From Podarcis bocagei (lineage: Eukaryota), in the NCBI GenBank assembly GCA_964188305.1, contig OZ076886.1: DNA of 64,000 bases. One strand, 5' to 3'. Below are positions 11,304 through 23,663 of the stretch, one piece after another. The first letter of the stretch is position 1. Each line of letters starts with the position of its first letter. A model generated the notes under the pieces. The model ran no database searches, was not told the origin of the DNA, and saw only the letters and a program-made list of their open reading frames with translations. Position numbers and translations under genes: made by a program.

Positions 11304-14300
11304 TAGTATGATTAGGACCTTTAAAGTAAAGCAAGAGGGGGAAAAAGAACTATTCTGAGTGAAGTCAATGTGACACAATTAAATCTAACCAGTGTCAAAA
11401 AATTGACTTTCTATCACAAAAATCTATTTTTTTCTGAGGCCCTGCAGTACGTCAGCTAGCTTGGAGTTGTAGTCCAAAATATCTGGATGAGCAAGACTGT
11501 ACCATGGGTATAAAGTAAAGCAGAGATCTACTTTGATCTGCTCTAATCCTGTCTAATAACAGTAGTTTGCTTTCAAGAGGCAAATGAAAAGAGATTTTGG
11601 CCGGGATTCATAACCCCCTCCATACAAACAGAAAACACACGATGTGTGTGAATAATACTTCCATTCCATGGCAGCCCCTTGAACCTCTTGGGTGCAACTC
11701 TGGGAGCTCCCTGCTTCAGGTAAGACTTTACACAGGTTGTAGGTATTGGATGCTACTGTTGGAAAAGAGCATGTTGTGCTTTAGATCTAAGCCTCCCCTT
11801 GCTTTAATTTCCTGGCAGGCTTTGTGAACAAATGGAATTTATAAGCAGCTGGCAGCCAATTAAAATGTTGTTATTTCTTAAACCTAATTGCTAAACCATG
11901 AATTCACTGATTCCAGCAATTAGCTTGAAGAAATGCAGAGGTGCTGATTTTTTAAAAAGGTGAATTTATTGGGGGGGGGGGGGGAGCATGGATGTGTTCC
12001 AAGAAGAACAGAGACGCACGCTCTAAAAAAGCAGCATGAAAAAGCAAGCCAGGCAATTTCAGGGAAATGGAGCTTAAAGTTGAATACCTGGTGGCCCACC
12101 AACACACAGGTACTTGAGTGACAATGGCTTTTCCATGTCTGCCTACAGAACAAAGTTCCCAGCAAATTCAATTTGCATTGAATTGGCAGGTTCATGGCTT
12201 ATTGCTCTTTTGCTGCAACAAAGCACTGTCAGGGTCATCGAAAAGACACAGTTGTCAGTGCTGGCCTGGATTAAAATAACTGCAAAACTAGTCTGTTCAC
12301 CCAAAGGAGGCTTTAGGCTTGTTTTTCCTTAAACAGCAGCTTCCCTCACACCTTCAGTGCAAACTGCTTTGGAAAAGAAAGAGTTGTAAAAGCAGTTTGT
12401 GATCTAGCTTGAGAGTCAACTGCTGAAAAGAGTAAAATATGCCACTTGGCTGACCCAAGCCAATTGTACAAGCCCACTCAGTTCTTTGGAGCCCAGCCAC
12501 CATCTCCCATCACTATACTGTGAATTATAGAGCAAGCTGGACAACTTTTCATTATCTTGGGATTTCTCTTAAAATATCCCCACAGTTAATCAATCTGTCC
12601 TCGCAAAACTGCATCCAAAATTGCATCTTCTTGACCTTCACTCCCAATTCCATTTCCAGAGCTAGAAACAAAGCCAGAATCTCTCTTCTGAATTATCAGG
12701 TGAAGCCACCACAAGGAAAGAACAAGCATGGAACGAGATTAAAGATATGCAACATCAGCATGCTAAATATTGAAGCCAACATAATAAAACATACATGTAT
12801 CATAAAAGCCCTTTTAGAAACAGGTGGTTTTCCAAAACAGAGCTGTACTTTACTGCGCCAAAATGTATGCTGAGTTAAGATAAAGTGGTAAATGAGACGG
12901 GGTTGGATACTTTTAACTTGTGAGTGTCGAGATATGAATGGCTAGACATGGTGCAATCTCAGCCATCTATTATTTAATGTAGTAATTCAGCTTTGAAGAC
13001 CATTTTTGGCTGTCTGGAAGTAATCAGATAAAGTAGGCAACAGATCCTTTGGTTATGACCTCAGCTGCACCCCAGTGCATGATGGGAAAGAGAACTGCGG
13101 AGAATGATCCTCCACCCTGGAAAAGCCTGGTGAAGTCATTTGGATGAACCAGATACATTAATATCACAGGAAACCCAGACAGTCTACCCAGTGTCTGACA
13201 TCACCATGCTGACATTGCAGAGTTGTTGAACAGCTGCCCCCCTCCCCATCAATGCATAGCTAGTTGAGATGCCTACATCTTTGCTAAGCAGATGTTTGAT
13301 CTCAAGCCAATGTAGTATCCAAGCCACATCTGAATCAGGAGCAGCTCTCGGAAAGGGACAAAGAGCAAGTTGGAAATTGAGAGCGTTATTTCCTACGTAT
13401 GCCACAGACCTGGGTTCTGAGGTTCAGACTACACTTAATAATTACATTTTCTTCACCAAGGCACTCCATTCTGAAAAATTAGGATACCTCTCTGGCCACC
13501 AGAAACGTACTGTTTATTATTATATTAATCTTTATGCCCCTGTAAATAACTTCCTGTGAGCTGTAATGAAAGAGAGCAAAACATGACAAAGTTCTGCAAT
13601 GGAAGCACACAATCCTAGTTAGCCACTTGTCTTTCTACTTGTTATTTCTACTATTTTATTGTCAGCCCCATGCTTTGAGATCTCGATATCTTAAATACTC
13701 ACTTCATATGCCAACAAAGACTAAACTGGAGCTATCAATCAGACCTTAGTGTTTACTTGGGATTAATTCTCTCTCTCTTTCTCTTTTTCTATTACATATG
13801 CATACTTGAGCATTATACACATATGAATCTGATTAAATATCTATGCATGCAGGATTAAGGATTCTGCCAGCGTCAGAAGTGGTTGCTGGGGGGTGGGGTG
13901 GGGATATAGTATAGCCTCCAAACAGCAACACACAAAAGTAGTGGGCAAAGCTCAGCATATGCAGCTCAGGATTCAAGCTGATGGAGCCGAAATATATAAG
14001 TGACTCATCTCTATTCCTCAGCAGATGCGGTGTTCCAATTAATCCTTAGCAAAGTATATCATTTGGTCATTTAAAATGTTTTACGTTCTTAAAGTTAAAA
14101 AGGTCACCCAATAAAAATGTGAACTTTTTTGTTTTGAACATGAATCCTTTCACGTGAATGACCTTTGCCCTCTGCCTCAAGCTCTCCTCACAGCATGGAC
14201 TTCAGAAGACTTGCTTTTTCACTTTGAACATCACACACCTAGTCATCAGCTAGGAGGAGAGTTGGCTGGCTGAGCACGTGCTGCATGGAAGCAATTATCA

Positions 14301-14507
14301 GCATTGCTAAGATGGTCTACATCTGGCTACAGCCACAAATGGTTGCTGCCTTACTGAACTCACCAGAACAATGCATCCCAATGACTACTGCATCAGAACG
14401 ACTGCCGTTAACACAAACTGATTTACTGCGTTGACCATCTTCTTATAACTTCTGTTAAGTTGTTTCCCACACACAATAGTCAGGTCTGTCTTACTTTAAT
14501 CAGAACA

Positions 14508-14891
14508 AAATAAAAAAATTCCTTCCAGTAGCACCTTAAAGACCAACTAAGTTAGTTCTTGGTATGAGCTTTCGTGTGCATGAACACTTCTTCAGATACA
14601 CTGAAACAGAAGTTGCCAGATCCTTCTATATAGTGAGAAGGTGGGGAGGGGTATTACTCAGAAGGGTGGTGGGAATGGGAGATTGGCAGATAGCTGAGAT
14701 GAGCCTGTTGACGACTCTTAACGACTGCAATAGGTCTTACAGGAAAAGGCAAGGGGTGAGAAGGTGAAAAATGGCTTAGTCATGTATAATGAGATAAGAA
14801 TCCAATGTCTTTGTTCAGACCAGGTCTCTCTATGGTTTTAAGTTTGGTAATGAGTTGCAATTCAGCAGCTTCTCTTTCCAGTCTATCTGTA
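14508..14891 (-). mobile_element. Penelope-like element 3' fragment (GIY-YIG C-terminus + pLTR-type tail)
   Basis: Minus frame DRLEREAAELQLITKLKTIERPGLNKDIGFLSHYT* resembles the PLE endonuclease end (R..AE...I..L.T..P.GLN); flanked by 15-bp direct repeat ACTTTAATCAGAACA (14493-14507 and 14892-14906). Confidence 0.85.
14562..14599 (-). ncRNA. Minimal type-I hammerhead ribozyme motif within the Penelope tail
   Basis: Minus strand GUAU-CUGAAGA-A-GUGU(ucaugc)ACAC-GAAA-GC-UC^AUAC: CUGANGA and GAAA boxes, stem I GUAU/AUAC, stem II GUGU/ACAC, UH cleavage site. Confidence 0.75.
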
Positions 14892-15330
14892 ACTTTAATC
14901 AGAACAGTGATACGTAAACGCCATGAGCCTACAGGATTTCCTTCCCCTAACTTATTTCCCCAACCCATGCATATCTCAGCACTGTTGATACACTCTGGAT
15001 TGCTCAAAGAGAGACCTTCACAACAACAAATTTTATAACTCTGAAGTGGCCTAGAATGAATGTAATGAAGTGGGAAGGATAGTGTCTAAGGCAATTGCTG
15101 AGAACAGGGAGTCTTTTACCTCCTTGGCAGAAGAAGTGAATAAACATTTATATTTATTGATTTAGACCATTTCAATGCCACTTAATATTTTAAAACAATC
15201 TCTAAGTGGCGTACAGAAAACTAAAGCAAATAAATTAAATTACACAGTGATTGGTGGTTGAAGGTGCCAACCAAAGCTTGTACTTAATTGAAAGTCAATG
15301 CTCGTAGGACGTGTGAGGTAAAGCACATAC

Positions 15331-15517
15331 CTTACTATCCAGCTTTTTCATGGTTACCAGATCCAAGGACTTCAGTGAGTGACCAGTTGGAGTGATGAAA
15401 TAAAGGCAGACATGGATTCTTGTATCATGATAATTAAAGAGGGAACGCCGGATTTTGAGCTCTTCTTGTAAGTAGTTTTCAAACTGCGTGTCAATGTAAT
15501 CTACTATCGGCCTGTAA
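15331..15517 (-). CDS. SEPTIN8: Septin-8 exon 4 ([20 protein letters not shown]...KKLDSK)
   Basis: 187 nt, TAG acceptor and GTATGT donor; septin core sequence. Confidence 0.97.
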
Positions 15518-16967
15518 CTAAAAACAAATTCCATTAGCAACCTGAATGCTAAAGTTAACAAAGAATGACTGGGCACTTTCAAGGATGCTGTGAAAGCAAT
15601 GGCCCAGTCTCCCCCATCTGCCAAGTTTTGATAAGAATTCAGTGCAAGAGATGTTAAAAACCTTTAGTGCTAACTGATGACAGGTTACCTCATGAGGTAA
15701 AGCTAAAATTAGGCAGAAGGTGGTGCACACACAAGAAGTGAAACTGGAAATAAGGCCAAAAGCACTTCTGGGGGAAGGGGTGTTATGCTGATGAGCTGAA
15801 CTTGATAACTTTGTTATAAAGCAGAAGTGATAACATGAAACCACAGTTACTCACTACACACTTGAGTTATAACCAAGGATGTTCACACTGTTCATATGTC
15901 AAGTGAGCATCCAATGGCAGCTCATTTACGGAGTTCACAGAGTTAGTTGGGTTAGTCACCATCTGTCAGCTGAACCAACCGTACAGAGTGGTTGCAAGGC
16001 TAAAATACTGCTCCACACTCCCCGGATGAAGGTCAGGATACAAATATAACTGAGAAATACATAATTAATGTATAATACAATAAATATTTGATAGGCATTT
16101 ACTCAATTCATTACCCACTCTTCACCATAAGGTCCCAACTGGTGGGTATTTATTTATTTTTTGCAGCTAGTTTTCCTCATGGCTGAGGAAAACCACGAGC
16201 TGCCCTGAAAAGTAAAAAATTGGTAAGAGATTTGATCCTTACAAACTAAAACGTTGAAGTTTTAAACAAGTGTTTTCAGTTACACAGCCTAAAAAAGATT
16301 ATCGGGGTTTAAAAAAAAGTGTGGGAGAAGAAAAAGAGCATGGGAGGGGGGTCCAAGTCTGCATTACATTATGCATCTTTTAATCAGACATCAACTGTCC
16401 TCAGCTACTTGTTTCTAAGAATGGAAGCCAGAGAAGGGTGGGGGCTACATGCAAAGTGCTAGGGTCACAAAGGAACAGAGAAAGCACTGATTGTTTATCA
16501 TCTGCCCAAGAAGAGAAGAGCAGCCCTGTTGGAGCAGGTTAAAAGGTCCGTCTAGTTCAGCATCCTGTTTCCCACAGTGAACAACCAGATGCTTCTGGGA
16601 AGCCCACAAGCATGACTGAAAGGCCCTCTCCTGTTGATGCTCAGTGCAATTATGGACCTAGGATTCCTTCCTCCAAATGGTTATTTCCCTCACTCTGGAG
16701 GAGGCACAGCAGCCGCCATTTTGCAAATGAGTCAGGGCAAAACTTAAGAACCAATTAGCTTACTGTTTAGAGCAATGGGAGGACAGGCAGAAGCAGTTAA
16801 TGGAAGGGAGGAATAGCACCTCAAGCGTCAACCTAGGTGTAACCCACCGAGTTGAGTAATCAATAATCAATACAGCCGGTATGTCCAAAGGCCAGTGGTC
16901 AACATTCAGTACATAATGTCCCACCAAGCCCAACTGTGAATGGGTAAATCACTGTGTCCTAAGCTGC

Positions 16968-17120
16968 CCATTGTTAACCTGGTGCCCTTCAGATGTTGTG
17001 GGCCGCAACTCCCATTGGCCCCAGCCAGTGATAGGAGTTGCAGTCCAAAATGACTGTGCTGGCTGAGGTTGATGGGAGTTGTAGTCCAAAACATCTTGAG
17101 GGAACCAGGTTGGCAAAGGC
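16968..17120. repeat. Dispersed palindromic repeat (CAGATGTT..AACTCCCA...TGGGAGTTGTAGTCCAAAACATC); related copies at about 11460, 22295, 47690, 49550 and 55100
   Basis: Self-complementary arms and multiple degenerate copies in the window. Confidence 0.7.
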
Positions 17121-17250
17121 CGCCCAAAGCAGCTGATCACATTATGCATGGCCACTCTCATGTGAAGCCCAGCATATTCCCAAGACATTACATTCCTCTA
17201 CACGTCGAAGCACTGCAGGCTTTTCTGCACCAAATCGGAAAGTGACTTGC

Positions 17251-17446
17251 CTTTCATCTTTATTGATCTGATCCCCAAACCCCACAGCATCTACAATGGT
17301 TAATTTCAGGTGGACGTTGCTTTCCTGCAGGTCGTAAGTCCGTGGCCGCAAGCGAACAGCATGCTCATAGTGACTGGCTTCTTCAGTCTCAAATGTTGTA
17401 TTGAAGAGAGTGTTCATCAACGTTGACTTCCCAATGCCAGTTTCAC
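17251..17446 (-). CDS. SEPTIN8: Septin-8 exon 3 (P-loop GETGIGKST ... [13 protein letters not shown])
   Basis: 196 nt with G1 and G3 GTPase motifs; AG acceptor; donor is AG|GCAAGT (GC type). Frame is continuous with exons 2 and 4. Confidence 0.96.
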
Positions 17447-19487
17447 CTGAGAAATTCCAGAAATAAGGAGATGCATCATGGTCTTTTCCCCCACTAAATA
17501 TTTCTCATGATTTCAGAACAAATGGATTTCAGGGAGTTCGCAATAAAGACCCTTTGATTTGTCTACAGCTTTCTCCTCAAAGGCTTCTAACAAACAAAAC
17601 AAACCTTCAGTATGTGCAACTCCTCAATCTCTGTTAAAACACAGATGGTGTCTCCCACCTCCCACCCACTTCCTTTGTTTTAGGAGCAAAAGGCAGTATT
17701 ACTACCCTTTCTATAAACATGCCACTTTCTTTTAAGTTCGATCCTCTGTGCTGCTAAGCAGCCATGGGCTAGCATTGCTTTTCCAGACATAAAACTGAAA
17801 AGAGCAGCAAGATGTGAAGACTAATAAGGGAAAGGTTTACAGAATGTCAACACGATCTCTCCGCAACCCTATAGGAAACTTCCAATGTTCTAATTATGGG
17901 CAAACTCCCCTTGAGAGATCATGAATCAGTGTGGAATAGTGTAATAATTTCAATCTAGTCTGGATATTTGACAGATGGCAGAGCACCAGAAACCCCTGGG
18001 CTGGAGTATGATGCAAGGACATGTTGCAAGGAGAGCTGGCAGAGCAAATGGGAAGTGAATCAGGGAATACTTGCTCCTGGCTATGGCTGGCGGCTACCCA
18101 AGCTTGTGAAATAGTGGAGCTGTTTTGTCAGAGAGGCAATGAAGTGTGGGTATATTTTGAAACATGAGTTAACAGAAAGCTTTCGAGGCTGGCCCAGTCC
18201 CATTAGTAACTGAGATTCTATCAAGACATTCCAAGCCACAGAAAGGGTCTTTATATATTTCTTTTGATTTATGGCCTTTAACCTTAATCCTTCCTGCTTG
18301 CCCATACTGCTGCCTACGCAACTACAGTATATGCTTAGTCTTCCTCTCAGAATCAATGTCGATCATCTTTATTTTGCTACATTAATCTGAGGTGAATGGA
18401 GAACAGAGAAAGGAATTCAGCATTATTGGGGGTTTCCTTAAAATCAAGGTCAAACTCTTCTTTTCTGAAAGCACATATCCAAATACCATCCAGCTACAGG
18501 CTTAGAAAAGCAGGCCTTGGAGGTCTGAACAACCTTTAAAACTACAGGTTATTCCAATAATAAGGATAAAAATATCCCAATTCCACCGCTCTGTTTCTTT
18601 AAGTCCCACCACAATTACGATCATTTGCTCCCCATTTGTTCTAGTACAGAAAATAAATGATGCTTCCCTGGTTAAATAACTTAGCTGATTAGAAAGATGT
18701 GATGTGAAAAATAAAGGGGAAGGGGAAACATACCAATGAGTGCGACAAAATCACACAGAAGTTTTTGTACACACCTATAGCTCTCAGCAGAGACCTGGAG
18801 TATATTAAATTCTCTCCTGAGCTATTCTGCTAAGCAGAAACCATGAGCACATAGAACAATGTATTTAAAAGTATTTTCCAGTACTCGCCAGATTGGACTG
18901 GGAAAAATTATAATTAGCACAATAAGCATTTATGGAATTTTTGCTGCAGCTAAATCTGCAAAAAGAAAAGAAAGAATTTGGCCTTGTAGGTTGCCTTCTG
19001 GAGACCAAAACCTGTTCCCCAGCAATCATATGCATGTTTCAAAAATTGAAACAAAGATCAAAGGCCCCAATTATCATTGCCAGAAGCAAATTATTCCAAT
19101 CCGATTCCAATCTAACCACCGTGACTTCAATGCTCCCTGTGAAAGTCATAAGATAGGGGAGACAACTCTATCAAACTATGGAGGGAGAAGGCAAGTAAGC
19201 AAGCCAGCAGCTTCAGCAACAACATATGGTGCAAGCCACCCAATCCTGTATTCACTGAGTTTTATTCTAACCAATGGTTGAATCTCGTAGGAGCAGGTCC
19301 AGCCATTAGAAATGCAAGCTACCTGAAAATCCAGCTTCTTAACGTGACTTTTTCACAGTTGTGAAAGCAATGTATAAGTCATGGCCTTCATCAATATCAC
19401 AGGGAAACCCAGTCATATAGAAAGCAAGCAAAGCCCTTACCCCACTAAAAAGGAAAAAAAAGGGTGAATGGTGTTGAAATCCTATTA

Positions 19488-19719
19488 CAGTGATACCTCG
19501 GGTTAAGAACTTAATTCCTTCTGGAGGTCCGTTCTTAACCTGAAACTGTTCTTAACCTGAAGCACTACTTTAGCTAATGGGACCTCCTGTTGCTGCTGCT
19601 GCCGCGCCGCCAGAGCACGATTTCTGTTCTTATGCTGAAGCAAAATTCTTAACCTGAGGTAATATTTCTGGGTTAGCGGAGTCTGTAACCTGAAGCGTAT
19701 GTAACCTGAGGTACCACTG
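19488..19719 (+). mobile_element. pogo/Tigger-like MITE (GGTTAAGAAC family)
   Basis: TA TSD, TIRs, near-identical to the copies at 28665, 29002 and 50056. Confidence 0.9.
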
Positions 19720-20318
19720 TAGTAGTTTTAGCCTTGCCTCAACAAAGTACATCACATTTCAAATTTGGGAGATTCAGCTCTGCCCATCAGCCATGGTATA
19801 AGGTGTTGGGACTGCTCTATTAAGGCAATGGGGAAGCACCTGCCAAACTCAGCCTGCCCTCATTCAGCCCCTGCCTGCCTGCCTTCTTACTTACGACCAG
19901 ACCAGGAAGGAGGGTAGCTCGGCCTGTCATTGGCTCTGACTCCACCTACTGCTAGGGCTCCCTGCTTTTGACTCCACCAGTCCAGTCCCAATGGGCACCT
20001 GCCACCATGGGCAGAAGGCTGTGGTTTAAAAACAGTGCTTGAAAAACACAAGAAGCTACCTTACACCAGGTCAAATTCTTTGTCTATCTAGCCTAGGAGA
20101 GCTACTGTCAGAGTAGATGAGGCAAGGTCTTAGGCTGAGATCTCTCCTGGCCCTTTTAACTGGAGACACCAGGGATTGAGCCTGGGATCTTGTGTGCATA
20201 CAGAGCACGTGTTCTTCCACTAAGCAACCAGCTCTCCCAGGCTTCTAACAAGTTGGTTTCTTCTACGTGTTGTTTTTGTCCAAGTGTTTTTCTCGTTTGC
20301 AGTGCACACTATACTCAC

Positions 20319-20433
20319 CCACACAGAGGATGTTGAAGCTGAAGCCTTGCGCTACGGATTTGCTGACAAGCTGATCAGGAAGACTGTCAAATCCAACATG
20401 GCCTCCCAGAGCGAGATTCCGTTTTTCTTCATT
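20319..20433 (-). CDS. SEPTIN8: Septin-8 exon 2 ([39 protein letters not shown])
   Basis: C-rich tract then CAG acceptor and GTGAGT donor, 115 nt; SEPT6-group motif [13 protein letters not shown]. Confidence 0.96.
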
Positions 20434-21313
20434 CTGCAGGGGGGGGGGGAGGAAAAGAGAATGCTATTATTTAGCAGGGGTTTTCTGAAAGGAAGTTAGC
20501 AGAAACTGGAGGTGAAAAATATAAAAGCCATAAACACACTACCATTTCCCTTGAAACCAAGCAGACTCCCTAGTCACAGAAGCAATCCTAGCACTGCCCA
20601 CACAGAGGTTTATTATGTTTTTATATGCCACATTCCAGACATACTGGTAATTATAGTCAAGCATCAGAAAAAAGGGGGGGGGGAGAGAAACTCTCCCTGA
20701 TCTAACAAGGAATTGTCTTAAAGAGACAGAAGGCTTCAACTGTGAAGCCATTTCAAAAGGAAAACCAACACACAATTGGATCCGGCGGCTTTCACTGTGC
20801 AAAGGAGTAGGCGGGGGAGGGAAGAGACAAATTCGCATGTTTTATTTATTACTTTCTTAATCCTTTCATTTTCTAAAGTCTCCTGCATCTGAATCGTGTT
20901 AGCCAAGGGGAGCAGCTTTGGGAGCTCTTGATCTGTTTCCTTTGAATCTGCCATAAGCAGCTTTGTTCACCCGCACTCCTGAAGGGGGGGCGAAGGTGGT
21001 GGGGGCTGCACATCACTCACCTCACCATCTGCGACCGCACTAGGTTTTCTTGTTACGGTGGTATCTTGGGGGTCTTTCTACACTTTCCATTTATAGTGGG
21101 ATAGTTACTGTTTGAGCCGGTGGTTTAAAGAGTGAGTTTGGTAGCTGACTGTCTGCACCTTTGCTTATATGTCACTATTATTAGAGGGCGAGGTTTTCCT
21201 TTCTACATCAAAGGTAGGCTATGACCAAGTTGAGAAAAGTTCCATGGCTGTAGGTCACACCCCTAATACCGCCTTGCGCTCCTCCAGCCAGTAAATGGAG
21301 TTATAAGCATGTA

Positions 21314-21748
21314 CAGTGGTGCCTCGCAAGACGAAATTACTGTATTTTTTGCACCATAACACTCACTTTTTTCCTCCTAAAAAGTAAGGGGAAATGTCTG
21401 TGCGTGTTATGGAGGGAATGCCTACGGGTGGCATGCCTATGGATTTTCCTCCTCTAAAAACTATGTGCGTGTTATGGTCGGGTGCGTGTTATAGAGTGAA
21501 AAATACGGTAATTCGTTCCGCGAGTCTTTTCGTCTTGCGATGTTTTTCGTCTTGCGAAGCACGGTCCGTTGTAACTGCGCCTCTTCAAGCGGCTTTAAGA
21601 AAAAAGCGAACAAACTCGCAAGACGTTTTCATCTTGCGAAGCAAGCCCATAGGGAAATTCATCTAGCGAAGTAACGCAAAAACCGAAAAACCCTTTCGTC
21701 TAGCGAGTTTTTCGTCTTGCAAGGCATTCGTCTTGCGGGGCACCACTG
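21314..21748 (+). mobile_element. pogo/Tigger-like MITE (CAGTGGTGCCTCGCAAGACG TIR), host of nested insertion
   Basis: TA TSD, TIR pair, repeated internal CGTCTTGCGA motif. Confidence 0.88.
21340..21508. mobile_element. Short Tc2-like MITE nested in a pogo/Tigger-like MITE
   Basis: TA|CTGTATTTTT...AAAAATACGG|TA interrupting the host sequence AAAT-TA-ATTCGTTCCG. Confidence 0.85.
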
Positions 21749-23503
21749 TACATGAGGGCAGATGCTATTTATTTAATGCCTAATATTTTGGAGTACTGAT
21801 CTGGAGGGAGAATAGAGGATTAGAAGAAGACCTATATGTCTGCCTGAGCTATAGTGAACCTGGCTACCGTGAGGAAATTTTGTCTGAGGATAAGGATTGC
21901 TGTCCTGGGCAGTACTTTGACTCTGTGCTGTTGTCACTATCTGCCATCTCTCTCCTCTGAGCATGCAAACCAGCAGCTTGCACTGGTCAAAGGGAAGTGG
22001 CCTTGAAACAGACCGTCACCTAAACCATCCCCACTCCACAAAAAGTGAAATGGTGCTTGCACACATGCCACACTACTGAAAATATCGAGTATATCCATTC
22101 CAGATCTTTCACAAAAGTCAGATTTTTTTTGCACTATGAAAAATGGGATGAAATGGGTTCCTCACCCCAAAACAAATCTCCACATACTGTCACATTAGCA
22201 GAGAGGTTGCAGGCACCCAGTTGGTAACCCCTGTTGTACATGTTTGAGTGCTTGTCCTCCGAATCAACACAGGAGTTATCTGTAACATTAAACCAGGGGT
22301 GGCCTTCCAGATGTTGTTGAACTTCAACTCCCCTCTGAAATCAAAAGAGGAACTTCCCTCATCTATTATTTTAAAAGTTGGCCACCCACTTCTCTGCAAA
22401 CACCCTTCATTTAATGATAATTTTATTACCAGGATTGCAGTGGTTTGGTAGCTCCACAGGTAACAATTTGGAGAACTGTCCCAGAAAGACTACCCTGTGG
22501 GTCTACTTATGTGAAAACTGAGGTAGGCTTCTAATCCCTCAAAACTATATGGAGGTTAACTGAGAGTAGGAAATGTACAAACACTGATGCTTCTGGATTG
22601 AGTTTCTCCGTTCCCACCCGCATAAATCCTGTCTTGATGTTCCATCAGGCAGAACAGTCTACAGAAGCTAAGTGTTTATGAAAACCTTCACTGGTTGCCA
22701 ATTTTAAAATTTATTCCAGTGGAGGACTTGAAGCCTTGAGACTTCTCTCCAAGATTACTAAACAAAAGATTAACTTGTTGTTCAACTTAAGACCAGCTCA
22801 AGCATTTTAATGTCCTCTTTCAAAAGACTAAGCACACACTCCCTTTATTTTAAAAGGCAAGAGAAGAAACACAAAATACAACTTTCTTGGCTGTGACAGA
22901 ACTCTGCAATTCAAGCTCTCTTTCTGAAATGATCTCATCTTTTTTTACGGAACATATTGATAGACATTTGTGCTCCCGCTCCCTTTTCCTCCACCAAATG
23001 AAGAACAGCACAGAGAGTCTCCAGACAGGATTTCAGAATAGGGAAATATCCTGACCACAGGGCCATCTTTCCCATAGGCACTAGGAGTGAAGGACACCTG
23101 GGCGCCGGGCTCTCAGGGGTGCCAGGCCAAGAGTCTGGGGCCCGAGAGTTGAGTCAGGGGAAGAGCCCACCTGTTGGTTGGAGCGCCGCAGCGGGCTCTT
23201 CTGCTGCAGGCCGCTCTGTGCCACGAGTTCGGGGAAGTTGCAGTTAAGCTCCCTCCTCCCTAAGCAGAGCTCTTCAATGTGAAGAGGGATCCTGGACCAA
23301 TGGGCACGTGCGCACACACTTGTACATAGGATTTCTTTGTGTGGAAATAATATAGGGGTTCAGCAAATACAAGGCAAGTGGGGCTGATGCTCAGTACAAG
23401 TGTGTTTACAAAGGTTACTAGCCCAGAAAAACTGGGTAGCCTGAAAACCTGCTCCACATACGTACGGTAGGCTCAAATATTAAATGAATGTGAGCATCTA
23501 AGG

Positions 23504-23663
23504 CAGGCATGTCCAAAGTCTGCTTTAGGGGCCTAATCCGGTCCCTGTGGCAGTTTATTTCTGGGGTAAAATCCTTTAAAAAAGGTCAACAACTTTGGTC
23601 AGCCTTCACGGCCCTTCACTTCATCAAATCTGGCCCTCTTTCAAAAAAGTTTGGACACCACTA
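23504..23663. mobile_element. hAT (Charlie-like) MITE, degenerate
   Basis: CAGGCATGTCCAAA...TTTGGACACCAC; flanks ATCTAAGG and ACTAAGG. Confidence 0.65.
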
